From: Octopus vulgaris
Lineage: Eukaryota
Length of the DNA: 64,000 nucleotides
Assembly: GCA_951406725.2 (NCBI GenBank)
Contig: OX597825.1
Coordinates: 65,038,001-65,102,000 of the forward strand
Direction of reading: 5' to 3'
Shown: in pieces, positions 12,854 to 25,345 of the stretch
Layout: every line of letters begins with the position of its first letter
Position numbering within the stretch: position 1 is the stretch's first letter
Translations under genes and position numbers: made by a program
The notes under the pieces: model-generated
Databases searched by the model: none
Told to the model about the DNA's origin: nothing
Seen by the model: the letters and a program-made list of their open reading frames with translations, nothing else

Positions 12854-13479
12854 ACCTCGGAAAATATGTGTTCCCTAATCGATGTTTCATTCCAAATATT
12901 TGATAAAGAATTTGAACTAGAAATGCAAAAATTTTAATATATAACCTGGAAATAGAGGCAGTCAGGAGTGTGAACTGAAAATGGAAAGAATACCTATAAT
13001 AATAGATGGCTTTTGAATGAATAAAATGAGTAAAGACATATGCATAATCAAAACCACAAGTCATACAATTATACGAAACATACAGTAATTATCAACAGTA
13101 GGTACTGTAAAGTGTTGTGTGGAAGTAGAACACCCCTATGGTTTGACTCCTAATGGACTGTGCGATACAACATTAAGTAATTTCCATGCAATAGGAAATA
13201 TAAATTCAAAATATTGAACATGGCTAAGTCGTGCAGCCCTTCGTGTAATCTTGCGTTCAAAGAAAGCAATAAAAATACGATTGCTAAAAATAAAGTTAAT
13301 AGGAAAAATGTAAAAATTAAAGATAATGTTGAAGGTAAATAATTTTAAAATGTATGAATGAAACTCTCCTAGATGCTGCTAATATTATTAGCTCTTTTGC
13401 AATTAATTCTGTGAAGTACCATCTTTAGAGTTTGCTTGTGGAACGTAACACAGTTTAAAACTGAGTAAAATTGACTTTT

Positions 13480-13861
13480 CTACGTAAGGCACAAGGTTCG
13501 AGATTTTGGGGGAGGGGTCAGTCGATTAGATCGACCCTAGTACGCAACTGCTACTTAATTTATCGAACCCGAAATTATGAAAGGCAAAGTCGACCTCGGT
13601 GAAATTTGAACTCACAACGTAAAGACAGACGAAATACCTATTTCACAAGGGGCTAAACACAGACAGGACAAATAAGGATAGGCAAACAGATTAAGTCGAT
13701 TATATCGACTGCAGTGCGTAATTGGTACTTAATTTATCGACCCCGAAAGGATGTAAGGCAAAGTCGACCTCGGCGGAATTTGAACTCAGAACGTAACGGC
13801 GGACGAAATACCGCTAAGCATTTCGCCCGGAGTACTAACGTTTCCGCCAGCTCACCGCCTT
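13480..13861 (-). mobile_element. Dimeric SINE-A with TSD flanking the whole dimer
   Basis: Two tandem central domains with junction at 13638/13639. TSD AGTAAAATTGACTTTT (13464-13479) vs AGTACAATTGACTTTT (13862-13877). Confidence 0.9.
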
Positions 13862-14073
13862 AGTACAATTGACTTTTATCTTGGGTTATTCTCACTTCAA
13901 ATGACAATAATAATAATTCTTTCTGTCATGAGCTGAAGGACTGACTAGTCGACTTCATCGTTCTGTGTTCAATTTGTACTTATTTTATCGATCAATAAAA
14001 AGAAAACACAAAATTGAATTCGATGAAATTTGAAATGTGAACGTAAAGAGACGGAAACGAAAAGAATTTTGTC

Positions 14074-14146
<73 letters not shown>

Positions 14147-14172
14147 TATAAAACTACCTGTTTTATATGTAT

Positions 14173-14220
<48 letters not shown>

Positions 14221-14244
14221 ACTAGCTGGCAAACTGTAATGGTT

Positions 14245-14380
14245 TGCTTACGTCCCTGTAAGTTAGAGGTTGATTAAGAAGCCGATATAAGTACCAACGA
14301 TTGGTTTGTCCGACTAATCACTTCAACGCAGTTTCCCAGTATGGCTGCACTCCATTGATTAAAACAAATAAAAGATTAAG
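14245..14380 (+). mobile_element. Decayed SINE-B 3' part
   Basis: TACGTCCCTGTAAGTTAG...CCCAGTATGGCTGCA...TTAAAACAAATAAAAG. Confidence 0.6.
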
Positions 14381-15943
14381 TGCATGTCTAAGTACCTCGC
14401 TGAGATACATAGAAATGCGCTAGGACATTAGTTTTGCTGACGATATATACTGAGAAGAAACATATCTCCACAGTTACCCACTTCTCTCTCTTTCAAATGT
14501 TCTTTTCCTTTCTGGCATAACAATTTCGGAGAATTCTTATTCATGATATTACCTCCACTTCGCATCAACGGTTTGCCCCAGACTCCACCAAAAAATTGTT
14601 CTGTCTGCTCTGGAAACGAGGACAGATTCAATGGAATAAGAATATACCTTGTATAATAATTGATATAGCTTTATTTGTCTTAGTTCTTCAAATACACGAG
14701 ACTGTCTACTCTGGGTTATTTCTCTAAGCACATATTTGCTACATTTATGCAATATTATCCAAGCCATAAATGTGTACGATTATATTTATACACCTGTTTG
14801 TGAGCGTGTGTGCGTGCGCGCGTGAGAGAATATATATATATATATATGCGCGTGGGTGAGTGTTGTCGATAGATGTTGTGCTCTTTGATTCTGTGTACTT
14901 TCAGTATGTTCATAGCAGTATCAAGCCACGTGTGTGAAGTTAATATGGTCGAGGAGTTATTATGTATTTTGACAGCTTAATAGTTAGAAGGGAAACTAAA
15001 CGAGCTGATTACAAATTTTATAGAATAATTTACACATCATAAAGTAAATGAGAGAGACCTCTTCATTAATATATTAATACATCACTTCAAAAGTGTTTGA
15101 ACGTACTAGATGTATAGTGTTACTCTCGGAACTATATCGCAAGAAGAGATTCCGACATATAATCTATTCGCTGTCGATTCAAAGTACACATTCGTAACAA
15201 GAACTGAACATGTTTGGGGATTCAAAATGAATATAAATTTCGATGTGTATTGGTATAATAGAGATACAAATGTGGAATTTACCTTCGTGGAAGTCACGTA
15301 CTGTTGCGGTTAATTACGCCGACGTATTCTAATGAAGAATGTTTGGCACCGATTTCCATTGTATCAAGGCAAAGGTCTATCCCCTCCCATGTGAATACAC
15401 GTTTTGTCAATGTATTCGCTGTCAAATACTATGTTAACCAACAATAAATTTATTTTAATCGTACACATACGCTAACACAAACAGAAGCGAATACACACTG
15501 AAATACAAATAAGGGGTTATGCTTTAATCAAAACGATATAATCATTTACAACGCTGCCACGGAAAATAGATTAGCTGTTATACTTAATAATACACACCAA
15601 TGTAAGACACATTTTTGGATAGTTATATATTTTCCTTGGGTTCTTGAAAGATTTGTCCTGATTACCATTGAGTGTAAAAAACATGGTTTGCATAGTTAAC
15701 ACCTTTCTTATCTCTAGGACTGAAGCCAGATTTAATGTTTGTTATATTATGCACATTGTCTGTATGTCAGTCTTAATATCTGAATCTTGCCAGCCTCTCT
15801 CTTTCTTTTTTGTATTTCTTTCGCATTTAGTCTTCTATTACTGGTTTTGCTATATAGCATCTGTTTCACTTCCTTCTGGCGAAACCCAAGCTAAATCATC
15901 AAATGACACAACGCACAAAACATCTGTCAATGTATTCTTTGAA

Positions 15944-16140
15944 GGTGTTGGTTTAGCAGAATCGTTAGTATATCGGACGAAATGCCTAATTGTGGTCTTC
16001 GTTGAGATTCTGTGATTTTCGTTATATGAGGCTCTAGGCTCAATAAAATAAATTCCTCAATCAAGTAAGTTCTGGAAACTAACCATTTATATGCTATACT
16101 TCAGAAAAAAATGCGGGGCTTCATGGCATGGTAAGAAAAG
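15944..16140 (+). mobile_element. Highly decayed SINE-A
   Basis: TAGCAGAATCGTTAGTATATCGGACGAAATGCC head motif; tail AGAAAAGAATT. Confidence 0.5.
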
Positions 16141-17567
16141 AATTGTTCCTGTTAGTGATCAATAATAATATCATTGCAGGCACAGGCCTAAACAAATGAT
16201 CAGAAGCAGTTTCTTTATCATAATTCAGCAAACAGGAATGTTTAGTACTTGATGCAAATATCTTTTATAACATCGTCATAATATCAAGGAGTATCATCTA
16301 TATTAATCGAACTGCGAGGATGAAAACTCCTTGCATACCCTACGGTTAGGGGAAAGCTTGGTGCCTAGAGTATCAACATCGAAAGGAGTTTGTAAATTCA
16401 GTAATTTGAATTGCCGTATTGAATAAACACGACCGACGTTTTAAACAGAGATTTACCTGAATTGTGTTTGAGATCTGTAAATATAAACGGAATACGTATC
16501 GCTTTATATTATAGTTTAATGGTTAAGTCCATCAGTTGAGCGAACTGGAAGACACTTAGGTCGAAATTGGTGAGCGAATCCATCGTACTACTACTTGTAA
16601 CTATCTATAACGTAAATGGACAGAGTTTTTCAGATTGGGTGTCTTAATAGTGAACACTAGACGGAATATGATAGAGTGTGTATATTCAAAGAGTTTGTAT
16701 TAACTGAGGTGGTCTAAGATATTAAGTTTACCTGAATAAATGAGCTCTGGTTTTGATACATAAAAGTAGCAAATAAAAAAGTTTTATTAAAAAAACCGTT
16801 TGTTATTAGATTACTTCTAAAACATTTGTTCTTTAGATCACCTCATTTATTATATTTTCTTTCTGTTAAACCTCGTTCTACGTATATACGGGGGCATGTA
16901 TGTGTATGTTTATGTACTTATGTATGCATGTATATAACGGTGTTTCCCTGCTCTCAAGGATGTTTCAAGGTTTTTTCATCGATGTATAAAATTTACCTAT
17001 TCATATGGTCATATAATTATCTCTTTGTATACCTATCTGCCCATCTACTGGTTCGTATGTCTGACCTCTGTATATACGTATCTGTCTGTCTATTCATCTA
17101 AAAATGAACACATTTATATACAAAACCTAAATGAACACATTTATATACAAAGCCTAAGAAATATTATTCACATGCGACTTTCAAAATGAAATCTAAGTCA
17201 GACCAATGAAAGACAAGCAGACGAGAATGATTTTGTTTTGATCATAAAAATAGGTTGCCATCTGTAAATCTAGACTTTCTTTATTTTAAAGTTCGCTTTA
17301 TTATTTATTCTTTGTTGGAAACAGTCTCGACAGTCTATCGTTTTACAATTTCCAGTCTGTAAGCAAATAAATCTTATGACCGACTCCCACCCTTCACACA
17401 GAATTTTTATATACATACCAGTATATTTTATAAATCAAGTTGAAACTGCTATTGTGTCCATCGTTTGGTTTTTATATGTTATTAAGACACACACATACAA
17501 AAAAAAACTTTCACTCATAGGGGCACATACAAGTATGCATATTTACGTATTCACACAATTACATACG

Positions 17568-17614
<47 letters not shown>

Positions 17615-18053
17615 GAGAGTGACTTATATGCTTACACACACGCGTCCGAATGTTTGCAAAGGGGTAAAAGTTCAACAAACATAAACTCTGTTTAACTACG
17701 TCAATGCTCCTGTTGCTGATATTTCTGCGTCTACTATTACTACAGCTGCTGCAGTTGTTGCTGCTGCTGTTGCTACTGCTGTAGATGTTGATGATGTAGA
17801 TGCTGATGCTACCGCAGTTTTGTATAGCAGACATTCGTCTTTTATCTTTAACTTGTTTTCGGTCACTGTACTCCGGCAATGCTGGAGCATTGCCTTCAAG
17901 TTTCTTATTAGAATAAATCTGTCTGGTAATTATATCATCAGTCATTTTTTTTCTTCAAGATGCTATTCTAAGAAGTGTGTTTTGTCCAAATGGTGGAAGG
18001 GACAATTCCTCATATATATATATATATATAATATATTTTATGTATATGTATAC

Positions 18054-18122
<69 letters not shown>

Positions 18123-18131
18123 TATATATAT

Positions 18132-18186
<55 letters not shown>

Positions 18187-18196
18187 AATTTAATAT

Positions 18197-18298
18197 GCGA
18201 CAATTGTTCGGTAGCCATGATAAAACTCCGAGTTTCTGATGTGGGGGCGGAAATCCGCACCGGCAACTTTTCAGTCATCTGGCCGATAACTAAATCGC
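18197..18298 (-). ncRNA. Degenerate type-I hammerhead ribozyme in a Penelope-like fragment
   Basis: Minus strand: GGCCA-GATGA (stem I), CTGAAAA core (G8->A), stem II with inner GCGG/CCGC, GAAA, self-complementary ACTC-G-GAGT stem III, U17, then TTATC-A-TGGCT pairing back to stem I. Confidence 0.55.
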
Positions 18299-19452
18299 CG
18301 TCATCAATAGGTTGTCAGAATTTTCCGTGTAGAAGATTACACATACATGCATGCATACATACATTTGCACACTGAGAAACATTTACACATATAAATATAT
18401 AATCGCATTGTACAATATACACCTATGGTTCCTAGAAGTTAACTTGTTCCTGCGTAGTAACCCTTAGTTTTTTTTCATTCTATATATACCCTCTATATGC
18501 ACTCTGTATTGCTCCATCTCAATCTACACTTACTTCAGGTTTCTTTCTAATTTTGATGAACAACAATCAGCGGAAAGGTTAGGATCTTCGGATTTTCCCT
18601 CTGCTATTTTTTTTTTGTCTTACTACAACCACTGTTATTTTTGTGAACCTTCAGTTACACAAACTAACCACTAATATCAACCACAACAAATAACTCCACT
18701 GTCCTCCATCTGCATCTTCTCCGCTCTTGCTCCACCTCATCGTCATCATGACCACAACCACCAGTCGCAACAGCACAATCTTCAGGTAGATTGACGATAA
18801 CATGAACATGTCATTGAAAATTGCAAATCGAAAATGAAAGAGACACGAAATCGCATTAGACGTAAACCGTGAGAAGCTAAAGAGAGAAAATGGCGGCGAA
18901 AAATTAAAGAGCGAGCGAGCGAGAGAGAGATATGAACATAGAAAGAAATAAAATTTAAAAGAGAAGCAGAGAGTATGCGATAAACAGACTGCGACAGAGA
19001 GGTGAGGGGAGATAGAGAGCGAGAATGAAACCCCGTAAATATTTATGTAACGTATCAGATATCTGTCAAAGCAAGTGATTTACTAATGACGTCACTCTAA
19101 GTGGTCTGATAGAGGCTAAGCTATTGTCAGCAGGGATGATAAAGGGATAGATGGTTGGGGTAGTGGTTTTCTCCATTGGCAACATAATAATGAATAAGTT
19201 TATGTAGATATGTTTGCTTGTTCTACAATGAAACTAATGGAAGGATCATGAACGATTTAGCGATGAGAATAGCGGCAAACAGCGGCAATGAGAATAACAC
19301 TAGGGAAAACAACAGCTAAATGAAAACAACGTGAAGAACATAACAGCCATAGCAATATCTCAGTTGTAAGAATATAAATAGAACCAAAAAACGATCACTA
19401 CGGTCACAACGTAACATCAGAGAAGGCAGTAACATAATAGCATTGAAAATAT

Positions 19453-19506
<54 letters not shown>

Positions 19507-19507
<1 letters not shown>

Positions 19508-19694
19508 TCTAACTGGGCCCCACCTGCAAGGTCATGCGCTGTTTATCTTGATATGAGATCACCATGTCGCGCACATATGGTTGTGATGCATGTGCCTGGT
19601 GTACCCTTATGAGACGGGTAGTCATAATGGGTATATTGGGCTTCGTATATTTTACCCCAGTGTCACTTTGATGGCATGAACTGCTCTCTCACTC
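19507..19694. mobile_element. Truncated copy of family E
   Basis: Reverse complement of 8460-8648. Confidence 0.85.
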
Positions 19695-19811
19695 AATAAT
19701 AATAATAATAATAATAATAACAGCAACAACAACATGAACTTCCAACTTGTCTCTTGGGGTCTCTGGGTGAGACTTGAGCCAACTTGTACAAATGTAAAGC
19801 AAAAGTCAAAC

Positions 19812-19862
<51 letters not shown>

Positions 19863-19875
19863 GTAATAATGATAA

Positions 19876-20078
19876 TCCTTTCTATTATAGACACAAGGCC
19901 TGGAATTCTGGGGGAGAGGAATAGTCGATTACATCGACCCCAGTGCTTTAACGATATTATTTTGTCGAACCCGAAAGGCAAAGTCAACCTCGGCGGTATT
20001 TGAACTAAGAGCGTAGCGGCATACGAATTACTGCTAATCATTTCGCCCGGTGTGTGACGAGTCTGTCAGATCGCCGCC
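19876..20078 (-). mobile_element. SINE-A (short tail) in TAA array
   Basis: AGTCGATTACATCGACCCCAG, GGCAAAGTCAACCTCGGCGG and TTTCGCCCGG motifs. Confidence 0.9.
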
Positions 20079-20130
<52 letters not shown>

Positions 20131-20134
<4 letters not shown>

Positions 20135-20445
20135 CTCAAAATACAAAGACCTGGAAATAGAGGTAACTAGAATGTGGAATCTGAAAACAGAAACAATTCC
20201 TATCATAGTAGGTGCATTAGGCATGATAAAAAAATATTCAGACAAATGCATAACAAAAACACCAGGACTTACAAACACATATAACATACAGAAAATTGCA
20301 CTACTAGGCACTGCACACATCCTACGCAGAACACTTTCCATACAATAACCATCAGAGAATCACAACAAATCACAGCACATGCCCAAGGCACACAGAGCTG
20401 CGCTCGGTAGTGAAGTGAAAGCACGCTATAAAAATAAAACTACTG
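20131..20445 (+). mobile_element. 5'-truncated R4/Dong-type retrotransposon: restriction-like endonuclease C-terminus plus 3' UTR
   Basis: Open frame 20133-20348 reads LSKYKDLEIEVTRMWNLKTETIPIIVGALGMIKKYSDKCITKTPGLTNTYNIQKIALLGTAHILRRTLSIQ*. The K..KY.DL, P.IVGALG and QK.ALLGTAHILR motifs are typical of the R4 clade. Flanked by (TAA)n, the known Dong target. Confidence 0.9.
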
Positions 20446-20489
20446 AATAATAATAATAATTATAATGATGATGATTATAATGATAATAA

Positions 20490-20645
20490 TCCTTTCTACA
20501 ATAAGCATAAGGCTTTACCGATACTCATTTTATCGAACCCGAAAAGCAAAGTCAACCTCGGCGGAATTTGAACACAGAACGTAGCAGCAGACGAGTTACC
20601 GCAATTCATTTTTCCTGGTGTGTGACGATTCAGCCAGCACGCCGC
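20490..20645 (-). mobile_element. Internally deleted SINE-A in TAA array
   Basis: GCAAAGTCAACCTCGGCGGAATTTGAAC; shares private variants with 19876-20078. Confidence 0.85.
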
Positions 20646-20715
<70 letters not shown>

Positions 20716-21329
20716 TGATAATGATAATGATGGGGAAGAGGACGTATAGAACAGAACAACATACTGAACAACCACCACAGTAAGCACAATATAACAACAA
20801 CAGAGGTAATAATCATAATAGTCACAAATACAATTACAACGCTTACGCTTGCTTCTGTGTTGATACAGAGAATTACGGTTCTAAAATTACTCCCGAGTGT
20901 GTTAAATTATGAATGACACATTAAGCAATGTAGCATGTGAAAAGCAAAAAAGTTGGAATGGTCATGGCCGGAAAGCTTTTCATCATTGCATTGTTTAATC
21001 AAAATTAGTCAAAAGCTAAATAGCAACAATATGGAGGAGAAGATCTACGTCCGAGATGTCTTTAACGGGTTTGACTCTCTTACAAGTTCCGATTGGTACT
21101 GGGAGCGCGTGTATTGTGTTTGGGTCAAGAGAACAACGACAGCAGCAACCACAACAATAAACACGACTACGTTAACGACTGCAGCAGCAACAATAATAAC
21201 AACCACATCAGTTAATATTAATAAAGATAGCTGGCGACAATAATAACAATGATAACAAATAAAAAAAAAGTCGATATGTATAAATGGGTTAATGGAGTCG
21301 TCGAAACCTATTGAATTTAACACTTACAT

Positions 21330-21374
21330 AAACACACACACACACACACATATCTGCATTTGTACTTACGTAGG

Positions 21375-21407
<33 letters not shown>

Positions 21408-21599
21408 TTGTGTTTGTGTTTGTGTGTGTGTGTGTTTGTGCGTGTGTCTGTTTGTGTGTATTCATAACTATGTCATATTTACTCCGTCAATTCACAACTT
21501 TATTCAGAGATACGCAACGAAACACACCAGCACACATATACACACGCATACACGCATATACAAACACACATACATATATGTATATATACATTATACACG

Positions 21600-21636
<37 letters not shown>

Positions 21637-21846
21637 TGCATCATATATATACACATATACATATACATACATATATATATATATGCACACATATATATAT
21701 ATACACACATATACATATATATATACATATATATATATATACACACACACACATATATATATATATATACACATATACATATATATATATATATACGCAT
21801 ATACATATATAAATACATATACATATATATATATCCACATATACAT

Positions 21847-21885
<39 letters not shown>

Positions 21886-21900
21886 TATTGATACATACAT
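21330..21900. repeat. Complex (TA)/(CA)/(TACA) microsatellite
   Basis: Direct reading. Similar tracts lie at 18010-18180, 22350-22650, 28983-29470, 37480-37670 and 55750-56430. Confidence 0.95.
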
Positions 21901-22049
21901 ATACCATGTGTATAATTTATACCCACCTCAATGAAGCCAAACGATTACAGTGAAGAGAAATGGCAGCCAGGTCGTCTTTTATTGTCACATAAGTAAATTT
22001 CATATTTCTTAGAAGTAGTTATATTGTGTCGAAGCGTGTCAGACATATG

Positions 22050-22187
22050 TTGATTGGCGGAAAGGTCATGCCTGTTTGAACATGCAGCTGGTTTCCATTC
22101 ACAGTACGACGCGTATTTATAAAAGGTGAAGGCATGGATGTCGCTACGTCATACTTTCTGAGGTTTCTCTTTGTCTACTACGTAAGT
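22050..22187 (+). promoter_or_regulatory. Candidate Pol II core promoter with short first exon
   Basis: GATTGG (reverse CCAAT) 22052-57 overlapping GGCGGAAA (E2F-like); TATAAAAG 22118-25; Inr-like TCA about 31 nt downstream; GTAAGT donor 22182-87. Motif evidence only. Confidence 0.3.
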
Positions 22188-22448
22188 TTTATGTGATTAA
22201 ATGTCACTTTCTGAATTTTGTTATAAAGGGATTTGGAGAATGGAATATTAAGTGAAGTAAAACTTGTTGAATATAAAGAAGATACTTCATTAAAACCTTT
22301 CTCGTATACCTACCGCCGGACGTCAGTGTATCAGTACACTTATTTCCTTTGATTATATATATGTATACACAAGCATATGCACGCACATGCGCGCGCACAC
22401 GGATGCACACACACACACACATATATATATATATGTTTATGTGTGTGC

Positions 22449-22497
<49 letters not shown>

Positions 22498-22507
22498 TAC
22501 ATATACA

Positions 22508-22548
<41 letters not shown>

Positions 22549-22578
22549 ACATATATATATACATGTATATATATATAC

Positions 22579-22636
<58 letters not shown>

Positions 22637-23181
22637 GTATGTATATAGTTGGTATAGATTGGTGGTTGAAGTCAGTAACAAAATTCTTAACATGAATAAT
22701 ATTTAAGATATTACTCAAGACTTTTTAGAATTTGTCTCAAATGGAAACGCATGAGGAAGTATTTTATAACAATAAGAATTGAAATATTGGTTTCAACGAT
22801 ATTCAGAATTTAGTGTCGTCCAATATTAAATGAATATATATATATATATATATATATCAGAAATAATGGTACAACAAGACACCGATGTTTGCTGGATATA
22901 GCAGTCGATAACGAACGACGCTATGTAAAGTTTCACTGAAATATATGCTGGTAAAGATGTATGCTGGCAGAGAACACGAAAAATTTTCTTCTTACCTCTA
23001 CGCAGATTATCATAAAAATGGACAACCCAGAATTGATTTTCTAGGCCTGAAAATTATCTGTAAAATATATATCTTCAAAACCAAAGGAAATCAAAGAATT
23101 ATCTTCATATCTTCCTTCACATCCCTGTTCTGGTTATTTTTCCGTGTGTATATGAATATGTGTCTGTATGTGTGTGCGCGA

Positions 23182-23222
<41 letters not shown>

Positions 23223-23631
23223 ACTGTGTTTGTATGTGTGTGCTTAATTCGAGGAAGGAAGATATGCAGTGCCTCAGATGATTTTCGCGCTTTCTCTCCG
23301 ACCGTGAACCTAAAGACTCTTGCACAACAAGCCTCTTAGTATTATCAAACGTGAGAACTCACGATTCTACAGCTAACTTCTTAATACTCCAGCTCTTCCT
23401 CACTAGACAGTGTGTTCATAAATTGTCTTCACAACTTCCACAATCTGTCTTTATCAAATTACACGCATTGCGTACAAATAAATGGATCCTACGTGAATGC
23501 ATTGAGACGGTTCTAATAGAATTATCTTTGTTTGACAATAAACCGTGATGACTTACATATCCTTAATTTTTATTTTCTTATGAAGTTTACAATTTTTAAA
23601 GATAATTTCTGTGCATGTGTATGTGTGTGTG

Positions 23632-23668
<37 letters not shown>

Positions 23669-24252
23669 GTGCGTTGATGCATGAAGGCGAACAGCTAAAA
23701 GGTCGATAGATAAATGAAGTCAACAAATATAATGATATGGTATAAAATCCATGAATTAACTAATCAATCTATAGAAGACAACACTTAAACACTCAAGAAT
23801 CCTACACGAACTTTCCATCTTGTAAAAACCATAACCAAATTATCGTAAAATCCTATAACTAACCCTCTATGTTTAATAGCAAGGGGTGATGTTCACAGCT
23901 GAAACGCTTTTGACCAACCCGAACTAAATTCGGGCTAAACAGCAACAACAACAACAACAACCGAAACAGTGATGGTGAATATCTGTGGAATTCATTACCA
24001 TAAAACGGATGGAACTTCTTGTAAAACTGTCATTCGACATGACAGGAAAGAATAAACAACTTTTCTATTACTCCATATTTTATCGCCTTATTTCCTTCTG
24101 CACTTTTCTGATTTTGTCTTCTACGTTTCTCTCACTCTGTCAAATGTTCCTGTCTACCCCTCTTGTCCTCGACCCCACTTCTGTCTCTATTTTATCGTAA
24201 TTTTCTCTCACTTATATACTGCCGTTGTATTAACCTTCTCTTGTTTTCTTCA

Positions 24253-24492
24253 TCTGGTCCCTCAAGTCAAATCCTTTCTCCAAGCTGTCATACTTCGCAT
24301 GTAAATAATGTAGGAACCTCCATGCAGTTTATCAATCTGATAAAAGTAGCAATCAAATAACCCTTGTCGTGTTTTCTTACTCCGGTCCCTCAAGCCGATT
24401 CCTTTCTCCAAGCCGCCATTCTTAGCACGTAAATAATGTAGAAACCTCCACACAATCTATCAATCTGGTAAAAGTGGCAATCAAATAACCCT
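24253..24492. repeat. Diverged 128-bp tandem duplication
   Basis: TC.GGTCCCTCAAG...TCCTTTCTCCAAGC...GTAAATAATGTAG.AACCTCCA...AAAAGT.GCAATCAAATAACCCT occurs at 24253 and 24381. Confidence 0.9.
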
Positions 24493-24734
24493 CAAATAAT
24501 ATCTTGTCATTTTAAAAAGGAAGAAAACTAGCGAAAAGAAAGCTCTCGTTGAATAATGTAGCCAAAGAAAACACGACTAATGATTACGGATAGACCAGTT
24601 TTGATCCATAATTCTCATCAAACCGAGTTGAAATATCACTGTGAAGTAATAACTCGACAATAGCAACGATGAACCTACCAGTAATAACATTACAAGCAGC
24701 CACAGAAAAGTAGAGTCACATTAGAAGCAATAGG

Positions 24735-25014
24735 TAAATGCGCCCTTTTCAAGCCTAACCAGGCTCATGGGCCCGGTTTCCCGGTTTCTGTGGCGTATGT
24801 GTTCCCCATCCATCGCAGCGTTTCTCAAGAAACAGGAAGAAAGAATGAGAGAAATTTGGGGCGAAAGAGAACAACAGGGGTCGCCACCATCCCCCGACGG
24901 AGTATTAGGTGTTTTCGCTCAAGAAACACGCACAACGCCCGCTCTGGGAATCGAAACCGCGATCCTCCGACCGCGACTCCGCTGCCCTTAACCACTGGGC
25001 CATTACGCCTCCAC
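24735..25014 (-). mobile_element. SINE-C/D type: tRNA-Arg-like head + middle 2 + tail C
   Basis: Head with TGGCCCAGTGG (A box) and GTTTCGATTCC (B box). Tail similar to 38616-38690; middle shared with 26255-26316. Confidence 0.85.
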
Positions 25015-25049
25015 TTACATAACTGCATACAAAACGCAAAGAAAAGCGT

Positions 25050-25345
25050 AAGCATGGCTATGTGGTCAAGAAGCTCACTTTGCAACCGCATGTTTTCGAT
25101 GTCACTGTTTGTGTGTGCGTGAACGCATGCGCACACGTATTTGTCTATCTGTATTTGGCACCTACCCCATCTTTAAAACGGGCTTTTCTTTTATTACGTG
25201 CGCTTTACCTAGCGGTTCGACACACGATTCCGTTTGAATAAGTAGTAGAGTATGAAATAAGTTCCGGAGATCGACGGAATTTTTCAAGGTGATGCCCCAG
25301 CACGGTCGCAGACTAAAAAAAAAGCAACGTGTCAAAGAAACAGAT
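25050..25345 (+). mobile_element. Decayed SINE-B
   Basis: TGGCTATGTGGTCAAGAAGCT head; CTAGCGGTTCG...GCCCCAGCACGGTCGCAG tail. Confidence 0.6.

Larger units (their letters stand above)
19457..20730 (+). repeat. (TAA)n array interrupted by five retro-cassettes
   Basis: TAA tracts separate cassettes at 19507-19694, 19733-19811, 19876-20078, 20131-20445 and 20490-20645. Confidence 0.9.

Noticed and set aside
14428-14767. Short ORFs and a CSVC motif
   Set aside because: No family motif could be extended; possibly an unrecognisable TE relic.
15110-15313. 67-aa non-repetitive ORF (MYSVTLG...VTYCCG)
   Set aside because: No recognisable domain or convincing splice context; the length is compatible with chance.
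19457-20730. Repeat-spacer look resembling a CRISPR array
   Set aside because: The repeats are variable-length trinucleotide tracts, the spacers are retroelements, there are no cas genes and the context is eukaryotic.
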